A stretch of 63,774 nucleotides of DNA, counting the filler, from Lama guanicoe (lineage: Eukaryota): NCBI GenBank assembly GCA_013239625.1. It is 154 parts of 154 records of this genome, joined end to end, with 100 filler letters (N's around TTAATTAATTAA, not from the genome) between each part and the next. Parts side by side here need not be neighbours in the genome. Positions count along the whole stretch, not along the records: positions 12,829 to 13,142 come from PNXV01055505.1; positions 13,243 to 13,556 come from PNXV01055506.1; positions 13,657 to 13,970 come from PNXV01055507.1; positions 14,071 to 14,384 come from PNXV01055508.1; positions 14,485 to 14,798 come from PNXV01055509.1; positions 14,899 to 15,212 come from PNXV01055510.1; positions 15,313 to 15,626 come from PNXV01055511.1; positions 15,727 to 16,040 come from PNXV01055512.1; 146 more parts are not named here. One strand, 5' to 3'. Under the pieces are notes generated by a model. The model was not told the DNA's origin and made no database searches. It was given only the letters and a program-made list of their open reading frames with translations. The position numbers and the translations under genes are program-made. Shown piece by piece: positions 12,829 to 23,909 of this stretch (position 1 is its first letter; every line of letters begins with the position of its first letter).

Positions 12829-13142
12829 GCAACATGCAACAAATTGGAGGATGTTATACTTAGTGAGATGAGTCAGACAGAGAAAGACAAATGCTGTATG
12901 TTACCAGTTACATGATGAATTTATGTAACAAAAAGGAAATAGACTCAGATGTAGAGAGTGGACCCCGGAGAGGGCAAGAGAGGGGTATGGGATTAAGAGG
13001 TATGATTTATTATGTATAAAATAAATCAGCTACAAGGATATATTGTGCAGCACAGAGAATATGGCCAAGATTTTATAATAACTTCAAAGTGGAGCATAAC
13101 CTTTAAAAATTGTGAATTACTATGTTGTACACCTGTAACTTA
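12829..13142 (+). mobile_element. L1 ORF2 end and 3' UTR
   Basis: ATACTTAGTGAGATGAGTCAGACAGAGAAAGACAAAT and TATAAAATAAATCAGCTACAAGGATATATTGTGCAGCACAG...TATGTTGTACACCTGTAACT. Confidence 0.9.
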
Positions 13143-14484
13143 NNNNNNNNNNNNNNNNNNNNNNNNNNNNNNNNNNNNNNNNNNNNTTAATTAATTAANN
13201 NNNNNNNNNNNNNNNNNNNNNNNNNNNNNNNNNNNNNNNNNNTGTGCCTGAAGTGAGGTGTGACATGGAGTGGTCAACTCCTGGCTGGAGGGTGGCCATC
13301 AGCTTCCACCACTGCTGGCCCTGCCCAAGGGGCTGCTCCTGGTAAATGACAGGTGGCATTGCTGTAGTTCTTACTCTGTGCTTCTTGTGAGTTAGTCCTC
13401 TCCTAATGTAGAGGGGGAGGTGCTGTTTCTGTCACCTTGTCGTGAGTATTTTGAGAATACTCACTGAGAATGTCGGGGTGCAGAGAGGCCAAGCAGCTTG
13501 TTGAAGGTGAAGCTGTCAAAATGGCAGATCCAAAACCTGACCCCATGGCTGGCTGTNNNNNNNNNNNNNNNNNNNNNNNNNNNNNNNNNNNNNNNNNNNN
13601 TTAATTAATTAANNNNNNNNNNNNNNNNNNNNNNNNNNNNNNNNNNNNNNNNNNNNGCCCCCACCCAGCACCCTTCTCTCTCCTGGGGCACACTCACACT
13701 ACACCCTCTTCCCATGCCTCCCATCCCGCCTCTCTGAGAGAAACTGGGCATCGGGGATGGGCAGGGTGCTGGCCAGAGGAAGACCCTTCCCATGGCATTA
13801 GAAGGGGGAGGGACAGCTAGGGGTCCCTCCACCTGCTCCTCTTCCCTCCAACTCCTGACTGGCCCCTCAATCAATGTTTGAGCCTCCTCGTCCCCATCCG
13901 CACCCCTTGGTGATGATTTTGGCAACTTAGGGAACAAATGGCAATTCTCATGGGCAAAGTGAAAAAGAAANNNNNNNNNNNNNNNNNNNNNNNNNNNNNN
14001 NNNNNNNNNNNNNNTTAATTAATTAANNNNNNNNNNNNNNNNNNNNNNNNNNNNNNNNNNNNNNNNNNNNAAACCATACTTAACAATAATGACCAAAAGG
14101 CTGTATCTTATGTATGGCAGTGTCTTGCAATTGTCATAAAATACCTGAATAAGGATCCACTTTACAAGTCTTGCTAAGTTACTGAAAAAACAAGTTCATA
14201 TTTACTTATGGAAAATTAGGCAAAGAGGAGACTTGGTTAAAGGGCAGGGAGGAAAAATTATGTATGAATGGAGAAAAATGATTTCTTAGGTCTCAATGGA
14301 AGCAATTTTGCAACTACTATTAAACTACTTTTAATGTCATACAAATTAGTTCAAGGTGGTAATAAAAGCTCTGGATTTCTATCANNNNNNNNNNNNNNNN
14401 NNNNNNNNNNNNNNNNNNNNNNNNNNNNTTAATTAATTAANNNNNNNNNNNNNNNNNNNNNNNNNNNNNNNNNNNNNNNNNNNN

Positions 14485-14515
<31 letters not shown>

Positions 14516-14520
14516 ACATG
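14485..14520. repeat. (CA)n microsatellite at contig start
   Basis: CA repeat with CG interruptions. Confidence 0.9.
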
Positions 14521-15344
14521 CAGCACCGCCAGTGGGGTGCACACCTCCCACGCAGGTGAAGCTGGGATGACCTGGGCTGCATATCACCCCTCAGAGCTCT
14601 GGTGATGCAGGGGGCTGACAGGGTTGCCCTGGACTCTGACTGGATGCATTTAAAATGCCGCAGCCAGCCCTGTGGCTGGTGGGGGGAGGACTGTCCTAGA
14701 AACTCTGTCACGCCTTCCTCAGAGATTCAGAAAGTACCTAGACCGTGTACTTGGTGCATGGGAGGTGACGGGGGGGTGTCCAGTGAGATGTGGCCAAGNN
14801 NNNNNNNNNNNNNNNNNNNNNNNNNNNNNNNNNNNNNNNNNNTTAATTAATTAANNNNNNNNNNNNNNNNNNNNNNNNNNNNNNNNNNNNNNNNNNNNGG
14901 TCCAGAGTATCAGCACTGTTAGCCTTTGAATGGTCCACACAGCCTCAGACAGCGCACATTTTTGTGGGGACCATGACATAGAGATCTGTGGTTATTAAGT
15001 ACGGAACCCTGCATGACTCTAAGGAAGGGAAAGGTATCCTACAAAATGACTGCCTGCTTTTCCCATTAAACCTTCAAGGCTAGGGGGTGGGGGTGGCAGA
15101 GATAAGGAAGTCCAAAGCCAATCTGAACTCCTTTGGAACATGGGGAGGGAGAGTCCATGCACCTGTGTTGAGATTCAAATTTATACTTATTTTACATTTA
15201 ACAGTACTGTGTNNNNNNNNNNNNNNNNNNNNNNNNNNNNNNNNNNNNNNNNNNNNTTAATTAATTAANNNNNNNNNNNNNNNNNNNNNNNNNNNNNNNN
15301 NNNNNNNNNNNNGTTAAATTTGTATGTATCTAGTCATATACCCT

Positions 15345-15626
15345 CTCCGTTGATTTCCAAGCGCTGCTGTAACAAAGTGAGTGACTTAGGACAACAAAAG
15401 TTTGTTCTCTCACAGTCCTGGAGGCTAGAAGTCTGAAATCAAGGGCCGTGTTGCCTCTGAGACTCTGGGTAGCATCATTCCTTGCCTTTAGGATCCTAGC
15501 ATCTAGTGGTGACTGTCAATCTCTGGAACTCCTTGGCTTCCAGCTGCGTCCCTCCGATCTCTGCTACATCATCACATGATGTTGTCTTTGTCTCTTCACA
15601 GGGCGTTTTCTTCCCTATGTCTCCAC
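15345..15626 (-). mobile_element. MLT1 (MaLR) LTR fragment
   Basis: GCTGCTGTAACAAA...TCTCACAGTCCTGGAGGCTAGAAGTCTGAAATCAAGG is the hallmark MLT1 antisense sequence. Confidence 0.85.
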
Positions 15627-15726
15627 NNNNNNNNNNNNNNNNNNNNNNNNNNNNNNNNNNNNNNNNNNNNTTAATTAATTAANNNNNNNNNNNNNNNNNN
15701 NNNNNNNNNNNNNNNNNNNNNNNNNN

Positions 15727-16040
15727 ATAATACACCCACTAGAACAGCTAAAATGAAGTGACCAGCAACCCCAAACGTTGGAGAGGATGAAGGAAGTGGA
15801 ACTTTCATACATTGCTAGGGAGGAGGGCTTCTAATCGTCAAATCACCGTGCACAACTATGTTAGTTCCTTAGAGATGTTAAACATACACCGACCTTTTGT
15901 TTCAGCAGTTCCAATCCTAAGTGTTTGCAGAGAATAAATGGAAACATACATCCACAGGATGGATTTTAACAATTGTTCATTTTAGCTTGATTCAGTTTAG
16001 GAAAGTATTGGAAGCAACAAAAATATCCATCATTAGAAGA
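15727..16040 (+). mobile_element. Old L1 (L1M) ORF2 C-terminal fragment
   Basis: TACACCCACTAGAA...TTGGAGAGGATG...GGAACTTTCATACATTGCT...CAGCAGTTCCAATCCTAAGT. Confidence 0.8.
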
Positions 16041-16968
16041 NNNNNNNNNNNNNNNNNNNNNNNNNNNNNNNNNNNNNNNNNNNNTTAATTAATTAANNNN
16101 NNNNNNNNNNNNNNNNNNNNNNNNNNNNNNNNNNNNNNNNTTTTTTTTTTTTTATTATTTATAAGCCCATTAAATGGCTTAACTAACAAATGCACCAACT
16201 CGTTCTCTGGCCTGGATTTGAGTTACACTTGGCCTTGACAAATACTGTCCAGATGTTGGCTAAATTGTGTCTGCTTTCAACAGAAGGTCAATAAACTGAG
16301 AAAACTGGCTTTGTGTTTCCTACAAATTTATTGATCCAAATCCTAGAAATGAAATTAAACCACAGTAGGGATAACCAGGACTTGAAACAGGGAGAAAGGG
16401 CCAAACATTTTTCTCCTGCTTTCTCCAAGCGTCACTATAATTTGCCCACAAATTNNNNNNNNNNNNNNNNNNNNNNNNNNNNNNNNNNNNNNNNNNNNTT
16501 AATTAATTAANNNNNNNNNNNNNNNNNNNNNNNNNNNNNNNNNNNNNNNNNNNNCAAGTTCTGTAAGTGTTCTCTGATTTTCTGTACCAGTCCCAGCTTG
16601 GTGCCACTGACCACAAAATCATCACAGCGATAACTACAAGGAAAATATTAATCAATGTGTGTACAGAGCTTGCGGAAACCACAGTAATGGAATCACTGAA
16701 AGGTCTGGCTGCTGCCAAGACGATCACATGGCTCTGCAGGCAGTTACTGTCACTGGTGAGTTGAAAGAGGACTTGGAATCCACGATGGGATGCTTTCTAA
16801 GAGCCTTTTTAAAAAGCCACGTAGGCAATGAACACTAACTTCTTTTCACATTTTTATTCAAAAGTTCTNNNNNNNNNNNNNNNNNNNNNNNNNNNNNNNN
16901 NNNNNNNNNNNNTTAATTAATTAANNNNNNNNNNNNNNNNNNNNNNNNNNNNNNNNNNNNNNNNNNNN

Positions 16969-17282
16969 CGCGCGCGCCGGCCGGGCATCGCGTCTCTCGG
17001 CGGGTATTTGTCTCCTGCGAAGCCGCCTCCGCGGCCGCGGCGCGGGATGCTCGCGCCCGGCGCCCGCCCCGGACCCGGGCTCGCTCTGCGGCTTCCTCGG
17101 GCCGCGCCCCCGCGCTCCGGCCGCTGCCCGGGCTCCTCAAGGCGGCCGAGTCTCCCCACGCCGAGCGCTCGCCTCTGCCTGGGCGGCGCCGCGAGGCCGC
17201 TCCCGCTGCCGGGGCGCGCCTCGGAGGCGCAGGCGGGGCGCGGGCTTTCCCCGGGCGTCGCTGCCGGCGCGGCCGCCGCTCT
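16969..17282. promoter_or_regulatory. CpG-island fragment (probable promoter or first exon; gene not identified)
   Basis: Very GC-rich, dense CpG, GC-box-like GGGGCG motifs. Confidence 0.75.
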
Positions 17283-17856
17283 NNNNNNNNNNNNNNNNNN
17301 NNNNNNNNNNNNNNNNNNNNNNNNNNTTAATTAATTAANNNNNNNNNNNNNNNNNNNNNNNNNNNNNNNNNNNNNNNNNNNNTGGGGGCAGGGGCTGCAG
17401 AGCAAGGAGCCGGCCCCAGTTGCTCCCAGCGCCAAGCAGGTTTTCCTTTCTTCTTTTGCCCTTCTATCTCTTGTCCTGGGTATCAGTGTGAAAGCGCAGG
17501 GGTTTTTTTATGTATTCAGTGTGTTTCAGTCACCTACAGTCATTATTCTTTTTGAACCTAAAACTGACCCATCCTGGCCAGTGGGCAGCCCTTCGCATTC
17601 CATGCCTTTTGACTTCAGGACACTGATCTTGGGCGAGTTCCTTGCTCTCTCTTACAGGGCGCTGTCCAAGGAGCATCTTGGTTGTGCACCAAGCTCNNNN
17701 NNNNNNNNNNNNNNNNNNNNNNNNNNNNNNNNNNNNNNNNTTAATTAATTAANNNNNNNNNNNNNNNNNNNNNNNNNNNNNNNNNNNNNNNNNNNNTAAA
17801 AAATATAGTTTGTGCTCAACAGTACGGCTTTGTTGTTTATGTATTTTATATGTAGT

Positions 17857-18109
17857 AGCAACATGGATGGACCTAGAGATTATCTTACTAAGTGAAGTAA
17901 ATCAGGCAGAAAGACAGATATCATGTGATATCACTTCTATGTGAAATCTAAAAAATTTATACAAATAAGCTTATTTACAAAACAGAAACAGACTCATTGA
18001 CAGAAAACAAACTTATGGTTACCAAGGGTCAGGGAGAAGGGGAGGGATAAATTAGGAGTTTGGGATTTGCAGATACTAACTACTATGTATAAAACAGATA
18101 AACAACAAA
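17857..18109 (+). mobile_element. L1 ORF2 end and 3' UTR (preceded by an opposite-strand L1 3' UTR piece at 17797-17858)
   Basis: GCAACATGGATGGACCTAGAGATTATC...ACAAAACAGAAACAGACTCA...GGGAGGGATAAATTAGGAGTTTGGGATT. Confidence 0.9.
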
Positions 18110-18259
18110 NNNNNNNNNNNNNNNNNNNNNNNNNNNNNNNNNNNNNNNNNNNNTTAATTAATTAANNNNNNNNNNNNNNNNNNNNNNNNNNNNNNNNNNN
18201 NNNNNNNNNTTTTGCAATGTGGAGCACACAACATGCACACCTGTCTTAGGTTTCATGTC

Positions 18260-18523
18260 CTACACACTCTGTTTTTTCTTTATTTCTGACTTCCCATTTC
18301 CTACCTCAGTGATCACTCTCCTCATCTGTCTATCCTTACAACTTCCTTTTTCCAAACTATAAATTTTAAGTTCTAGTATTTGCACTTCTTTGTCATCAAA
18401 TTTTTATCCCTTCTCTCTCTCTTCACACACAGGCCTGTATTTCCAGCTTCTGCCTAGATATTCCTTACCTGTGCCCTTTGGGCATATCTGGTGCAGTACA
18501 CACAAAACTTAAATTTTCATCAA
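18260..18523 (+). mobile_element. L2 fragment
   Basis: TTCCTACCTCAGTGATCACTCTC and CTGTATTTCCAGCTTCTGCCTAGATATTCC resemble degenerate L2. Confidence 0.55.
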
Positions 18524-19037
18524 NNNNNNNNNNNNNNNNNNNNNNNNNNNNNNNNNNNNNNNNNNNNTTAATTAATTAANNNNNNNNNNNNNNNNNNNNN
18601 NNNNNNNNNNNNNNNNNNNNNNNTTTAATTTTATCTCAGTATCAGAGAAGAGGATATATTATGCAGCATTGCTCGAATGCACTGGAACATGGAAAGCTTT
18701 TTCTTCTCAGTTGAGCTAACATTCTAAAAAAATACATTGTAGAGAATATTAAATGAAACGATACTTAAAACCTGTATAGCAGAAGCAAAATGCCTGTCAG
18801 AAATGGCTAAGGGGCTGTTCTTCCCACCATACGTTCCAGACCAGTGTTGCTGGCAAAGCAGACGCCCGCCATAGGGTTCTAGATGTGAAATATTTGCTGA
18901 AATGTGACTCCAGAGTTCTGTGCTCGTTTGAAAAATTNNNNNNNNNNNNNNNNNNNNNNNNNNNNNNNNNNNNNNNNNNNNTTAATTAATTAANNNNNNN
19001 NNNNNNNNNNNNNNNNNNNNNNNNNNNNNNNNNNNNN

Positions 19038-19337
19038 GTGGGCAAAGACGGCAGCAAGCTGTGCCTGCCCTTCAACCCACACTTCCACACACATGGGGAC
19101 ACCCAAGCCATCGTGTGTAACAGCAAGGCCAGTGGGGCCTGGGGGGGCCGAGCAGCGGGGAGTCTGTTTTCTCCTTCCAGCCTGCAAGTGTCGTGGAGTG
19201 TGCATCTCCTTCCACCAGGCAGATCTAACCATCAAGCTGCCCGATGGGTACGAATTCGAGTTCCCCAATGGCCAGAGGCCACCAACTGCCTGGCTGCCGA
19301 TGGCAACTTCAAGATCAAGTGCCTGGCCTTTGAGTGA
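19038..19337 (+). pseudogene. LGALS1: Processed galectin-1 pseudogene fragment
   Basis: Across shifting frames it reads GKDGSKLCLPFNPHFHTHGDTQAIVCNSKASGAWG / AEQR / ESVFSFQPASVVE / VCISFHQADLTIKLPDGYEFEFPN / EATNCLAADGNFKIKCLAFE*, matching galectin-1. It has four indels and no intron at the recalled exon 3/4 junction (~19198). Confidence 0.93.
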
Positions 19338-19559
19338 AGCCAGCCGGTCCANNNNNNNNNNNNNNNNNNNNNNNNNNNNNNNNNNNNNNNNNNNNTTAAT
19401 TAATTAANNNNNNNNNNNNNNNNNNNNNNNNNNNNNNNNNNNNNNNNNNNNGTTTCCCCTCATTTGGGCTGTCCACTGGCCTACATACAGAATCCTTCAA
19501 AGCTCTGTAAACCAAAGAGAATAGATACTTGTCCCAAAGTTATTCAGAAATTGCATCTA

Positions 19560-19597
19560 GTCTACAGCCATACCCCACTGAATGCACCCAATCTCGT
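19560..19597 (+). pseudogene. 3'-truncated 5S rRNA pseudogene (5' ~38 nt)
   Basis: GTCTACAGCCATACCCCACTGAATGCACCCAATCTCGT aligns with mammalian 5S GTCTACGGCCATACCACCCTGAACGCGCCCGATCTCGT. It starts at 5S nucleotide 1 and four of the six differences are CpG transitions. Confidence 0.88.
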
Positions 19598-19865
19598 CAG
19601 AAGCTGCATTTAAATTGAGGAATTTAACAAAATTGGTTTTAGAGTTAACTTCTTTACACCCAGACATATGCAAGACTGTATCTTGAATTTTGGAAGCGGG
19701 GAAGGAGGGGATAGGAGCATTTGTGCATCTGTAATAGCATAACTCCTATTAAGAGTATAAAAAAANNNNNNNNNNNNNNNNNNNNNNNNNNNNNNNNNNN
19801 NNNNNNNNNTTAATTAATTAANNNNNNNNNNNNNNNNNNNNNNNNNNNNNNNNNNNNNNNNNNNN

Positions 19866-20179
19866 TTTTTTTAACTTTTCATTTTTTCTAGTTTGATTAA
19901 GATTTAATTGACATACAACACTGTATAAGCTTAAAGTGAACAGCATAATGATCATGAAATGATGATCAGAGTAAGTTTAGTGAATATCCATCATCGAATA
20001 CAGTCAAAAAATTGAACTAGAAAAAAATTTTTTTTCCTTGTAATGAGAACTGTTAGGACTTATTCTCTTAACAACTTTCATATATAACATATAACGGTGT
20101 TAATTATATTTCCTATCTTGTCCATCACATCCTTAATACTTACTTATCTTTATAACTGGAAGTTTACACCTTTTGGCTG
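19866..20179 (-). mobile_element. L1 3' terminus
   Basis: T-rich start, then AATTGACATACAACACTGTATAAG...TTAACAACTTTCATATATAAC...TATAACTGGAAGTTT. Confidence 0.85.
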
Positions 20180-21107
20180 NNNNNNNNNNNNNNNNNNNNN
20201 NNNNNNNNNNNNNNNNNNNNNNNTTAATTAATTAANNNNNNNNNNNNNNNNNNNNNNNNNNNNNNNNNNNNNNNNNNNNTTTCTGTAAGGAAGCTCCCCT
20301 GAACTCATGATTTCAACAGTCATCATCTCAAATCACTGCTTTATCAAGTCAGGTTCTCAGCAACAAGAGGACAAAATAGAGATCTTGTCTGAATTTCCTT
20401 GACCCTCTTGTACCATTTTTAATTATAGCCAAAGTGAAAAATAAATAAATCAATAAAACCCCTCCAAGCCAGGTTCCAACTGAATTCTAAACCTAACCAG
20501 ACCTGACTAAATCTCTCAAAGGATAATAATTAAAATAGAGGAATGGACATATCCTCAGACCAGGGGTTGAAGGCAAGGGGAGTAAACATTCCCNNNNNNN
20601 NNNNNNNNNNNNNNNNNNNNNNNNNNNNNNNNNNNNNTTAATTAATTAANNNNNNNNNNNNNNNNNNNNNNNNNNNNNNNNNNNNNNNNNNNNAATTCAT
20701 GAGAAAGATAAAGAGAACGTTTAAATACGCTCGATTAAGAAACGCTTTCTATTTGAAGTGTTGACAGTAAAGATAGATTAGAAAAGTTACTTAAACAAGT
20801 AACTTGTGTATCTAAAACATATATAACAGAGGAATATATCCATTTTAGATCTTTTTTGCTTTCTATTTTAAAAAAGCTACTATTACTTACATGTAAACAA
20901 AATGCTTAGAACAAAAGCACTAAAAAGTTTCCCTTATTTGCAAAGGAAAAATTTTCCCTTTTATTTATTTATTCTTTCTTTATTTCATTTGCCTTTTATT
21001 TACTGAANNNNNNNNNNNNNNNNNNNNNNNNNNNNNNNNNNNNNNNNNNNNTTAATTAATTAANNNNNNNNNNNNNNNNNNNNNNNNNNNNNNNNNNNNN
21101 NNNNNNN

Positions 21108-21421
21108 AAGTTTAGAATGACCCATGTACATTTGAGACATCATGGTGAACTCATGTTTAGCTTAACATAAAGTTGCTACACATAGAAATATTTATAGATG
21201 TATGCATATGTGTGGTTACATGTACATGTACATTTGCTTCCCCTGTCAGCTAAGAGGGCCTAAAATCAATAACATCCCAGTAGCTACAAGCACACCTAGT
21301 GCACATATCTTGGTTTCTAATACCGTTCTCCATTAAATTTATTATTCTAAATAATTTATATAGACAGTCTGTCCTCAAGGAGGGGGAGTATGACTCCCTA
21401 CTTCTCTAGTGTGAGCTGTGC
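21108..21421 (+). mobile_element. Old L1 3' UTR (L1MD-like)
   Basis: CTGTCAGCTAAGAGGGCCTA...CCCAGTAGC...AGCACACCTAGTGC...ATCTTGGTTTCTAATACC resembles the L1MD 3' UTR as recalled. Confidence 0.75.
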
Positions 21422-22350
21422 NNNNNNNNNNNNNNNNNNNNNNNNNNNNNNNNNNNNNNNNNNNNTTAATTAATTAANNNNNNNNNNNNNNNNNNNNNNN
21501 NNNNNNNNNNNNNNNNNNNNNCCCCGAATTTGGATTTGTTTCACCCCAGGACAGTCATGTGCAAAACATTTTTGGAATCCCGTATTCTGAGGCCTGTGTG
21601 CTTGGGAAGTGCAACTTCAGGCCAAGCCCAACCGTTCTGTCTTCTCTTTCCTTTTATACACTTTCTTGGGCACTCAATTTACCCACTCCACCTCCCTCCT
21701 GAAATCCCACTTCCTTGCCTGTCTCACTCCCAAGCCAGGAACACCAGTCTCCCCAGATTAGGAGAGATGTTAGGGCCACTGGGCCCAGGTCCCAAAAACT
21801 AGGCCTGGATGGATGTCACCGTGTTCCACTACAGANNNNNNNNNNNNNNNNNNNNNNNNNNNNNNNNNNNNNNNNNNNNTTAATTAATTAANNNNNNNNN
21901 NNNNNNNNNNNNNNNNNNNNNNNNNNNNNNNNNNNTTTTAAATAAATACAAAATTTTTTAAAAGGAGCAGGAGACATCAGTGAAGTCATAGCTCTGCAGG
22001 GCTCCCCAGGGCCCCCCACCTCTCAGGCAGGCCACCCCCCAAACTCCCAGCCCTCCGAGGAACACGAGTCCAGGGCCTAAGGAGGAATGAGGACCCAAAC
22101 CTGCAACATGGCACTGTGAATCCATGGTAACTGGCCGTCTCCCGGGAGTCCGAGGGCAGTGGCCGTGGTGAAGTCACCATCTCCGATGTGTCCTGCCTGA
22201 ATGTGTGTCTGTGGGACAGCCCGCCTCTACTGTCCTTCCTGAACCGCCTCNNNNNNNNNNNNNNNNNNNNNNNNNNNNNNNNNNNNNNNNNNNNTTAATT
22301 AATTAANNNNNNNNNNNNNNNNNNNNNNNNNNNNNNNNNNNNNNNNNNNN

Positions 22351-22665
22351 GGGCGCGCGCTCGAGCACGCGCTCGGAAGTCGGGGGTCGGCGGCGAGTGC
22401 GGGCTGCGTCCCGGGTGGGTGAGGAAGGCGCGGAGGCGGCGCGCCGGGCGGTGGTCAGCGAGCCGCGCGGTCCTCGCCCGCGGTGCCTGCCGGCTTGTCC
22501 CTCCGGTGCCAGCCGCCGCCGCCACCGCCCTCCCCGAGAGTCCGGCCCCCGGGCGCCGAGGCTCAGCCCGCGGAGCGGCCTCCGGGGGACGCCGCTGGGC
22601 GAGAGGAGCGCGCCCGCGCCCTGGCCTTTGCCGTGGCCCGGCGCGCGGCTGCGGGGATGAGGGCT
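22351..22665. promoter_or_regulatory. CpG-island fragment, possibly a first exon / intron 1 boundary
   Basis: Dense CpG, ETS-like CGGAAGT near 22374, donor-like GGTGAGG near 22418. Confidence 0.7.
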
Positions 22666-22858
22666 NNNNNNNNNNNNNNNNNNNNNNNNNNNNNNNNNNN
22701 NNNNNNNNNTTAATTAATTAANNNNNNNNNNNNNNNNNNNNNNNNNNNNNNNNNNNNNNNNNNNNAGCCACCTGCAGCCTGCGGCGGGCGCACCGGGACT
22801 GCGCTCCTCCGCGGGCGGGACGGAGCAGGGCGGCCGCGGGGCCGCTGGACCGGACGGC

Positions 22859-23002
22859 ATGGAGGACGACGAGGAGATCACCGCCGCCACGCTGCGGGGC
22901 AAGCCCCGGCAGCCGCCCATCTCAGCGCAGTCCGCCTTCAGCTACGTGCCGCCGCGGCGCCTGGACCCCAAGGAGCACAGCTACTACTACCGCCAGGGCA
23001 GG
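22859..23002 (+). CDS. CFAP90: First coding exon of cilia- and flagella-associated protein 90 (C5orf49 ortholog)
   Basis: [48 protein letters not shown] closely matches the recalled human C5orf49 N-terminus ([49 protein letters not shown]). Strong Kozak context GGCATGG, donor AGG|GTGAGC at 23003, inside a CpG island. Confidence 0.9.
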
Positions 23003-23180
23003 GTGAGCGGCCGGGCAGGGCTGCGCGGAGGGCCGGCGGGCGGGCCGGGCTGGAGAGCCCGAGACCTAGGCTTGGCTTGANNNNNNNNNNNNNNNNNNNN
23101 NNNNNNNNNNNNNNNNNNNNNNNNTTAATTAATTAANNNNNNNNNNNNNNNNNNNNNNNNNNNNNNNNNNNNNNNNNNNN

Positions 23181-23494
23181 ACTGCTGGAGCATATGGTAG
23201 CTCTGTCTTTAAGTTTTGGGTAACCTCTGTAGCTTTTCCATAATGGCTGAGCCAGGTTACATCCCCACCGACAGTGCACAGGGGTTTCCTTTTGTCCTCG
23301 TCCTGGCCAGCACTTGTCTCTTGTCTTCTTGTTGATGATCATTCTGACAGGAGGGAGGGGATATCTCATTCCAGTTTCGATTTGCATTTACCTAATTGTT
23401 AGTGATGTTGCACACCTTTTCATGTACCTTTTGTGTATTTGGGTGTCTTTGGAAAAATATAGATTTAATTTTACTGCCCATTTTTTATATTGGA
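23181..23494 (-). mobile_element. L1 ORF2 C-terminal fragment
   Basis: GCATATGGTAGCTCT...CATTCTGACAGG...TTTCGATTTGCATTT...GTGATGTTGCACACCTTTTCATGTACC. Confidence 0.9.
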
Positions 23495-23594
23495 NNNNNN
23501 NNNNNNNNNNNNNNNNNNNNNNNNNNNNNNNNNNNNNNTTAATTAATTAANNNNNNNNNNNNNNNNNNNNNNNNNNNNNNNNNNNNNNNNNNNN

Positions 23595-23909
23595 TTCTGT
23601 CTCTGTGGTCAGTGGCAGATCAGCTAAATAACTCTACTTCTGCAGGATGGCTGGATGCTGGCTGGCCACGGGCTGGGATAGCTGGGTGCTGTGGTCTCTC
23701 AGCCTCCAGTGGGCTAGCCTGGGCTTATTTTCAGAGTGGAGGCGGGGTTCTGAGAGAGGGTAAACATGTACAAGGGCACATGGTCTCTGACATGTCACTC
23801 TTTCTGTGCATTCTGTTGGCCAGAGCAAGTCAAGGGATTGGGGAGAGACTCTATCTCTTTATGGGAAGAGCTGTAAAGAATACAGATATAAGGAAGGGGG
23901 AGAATTGGG
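23595..23909 (-). mobile_element. Old MLT1 (MaLR) LTR fragment
   Basis: CTCCAGTGGGCTAGCCTGGGCTT and CATTCTGTTGGCCAGAGCAAGTCA...TCTCTTTATGGGAAGAGCTG are typical of older MLT1 subfamilies. Confidence 0.75.

Noticed and set aside
19038..19612. Functional link between the LGALS1 retrocopy and the adjacent 5S fragment
   Set aside because: They are on separate contigs that are adjacent only because of length sorting.
22351..23080. Two consecutive CpG-island contigs read as one CFAP90 promoter
   Set aside because: They are separated by the artificial linker with no overlap, so adjacency is not evidence of linkage.
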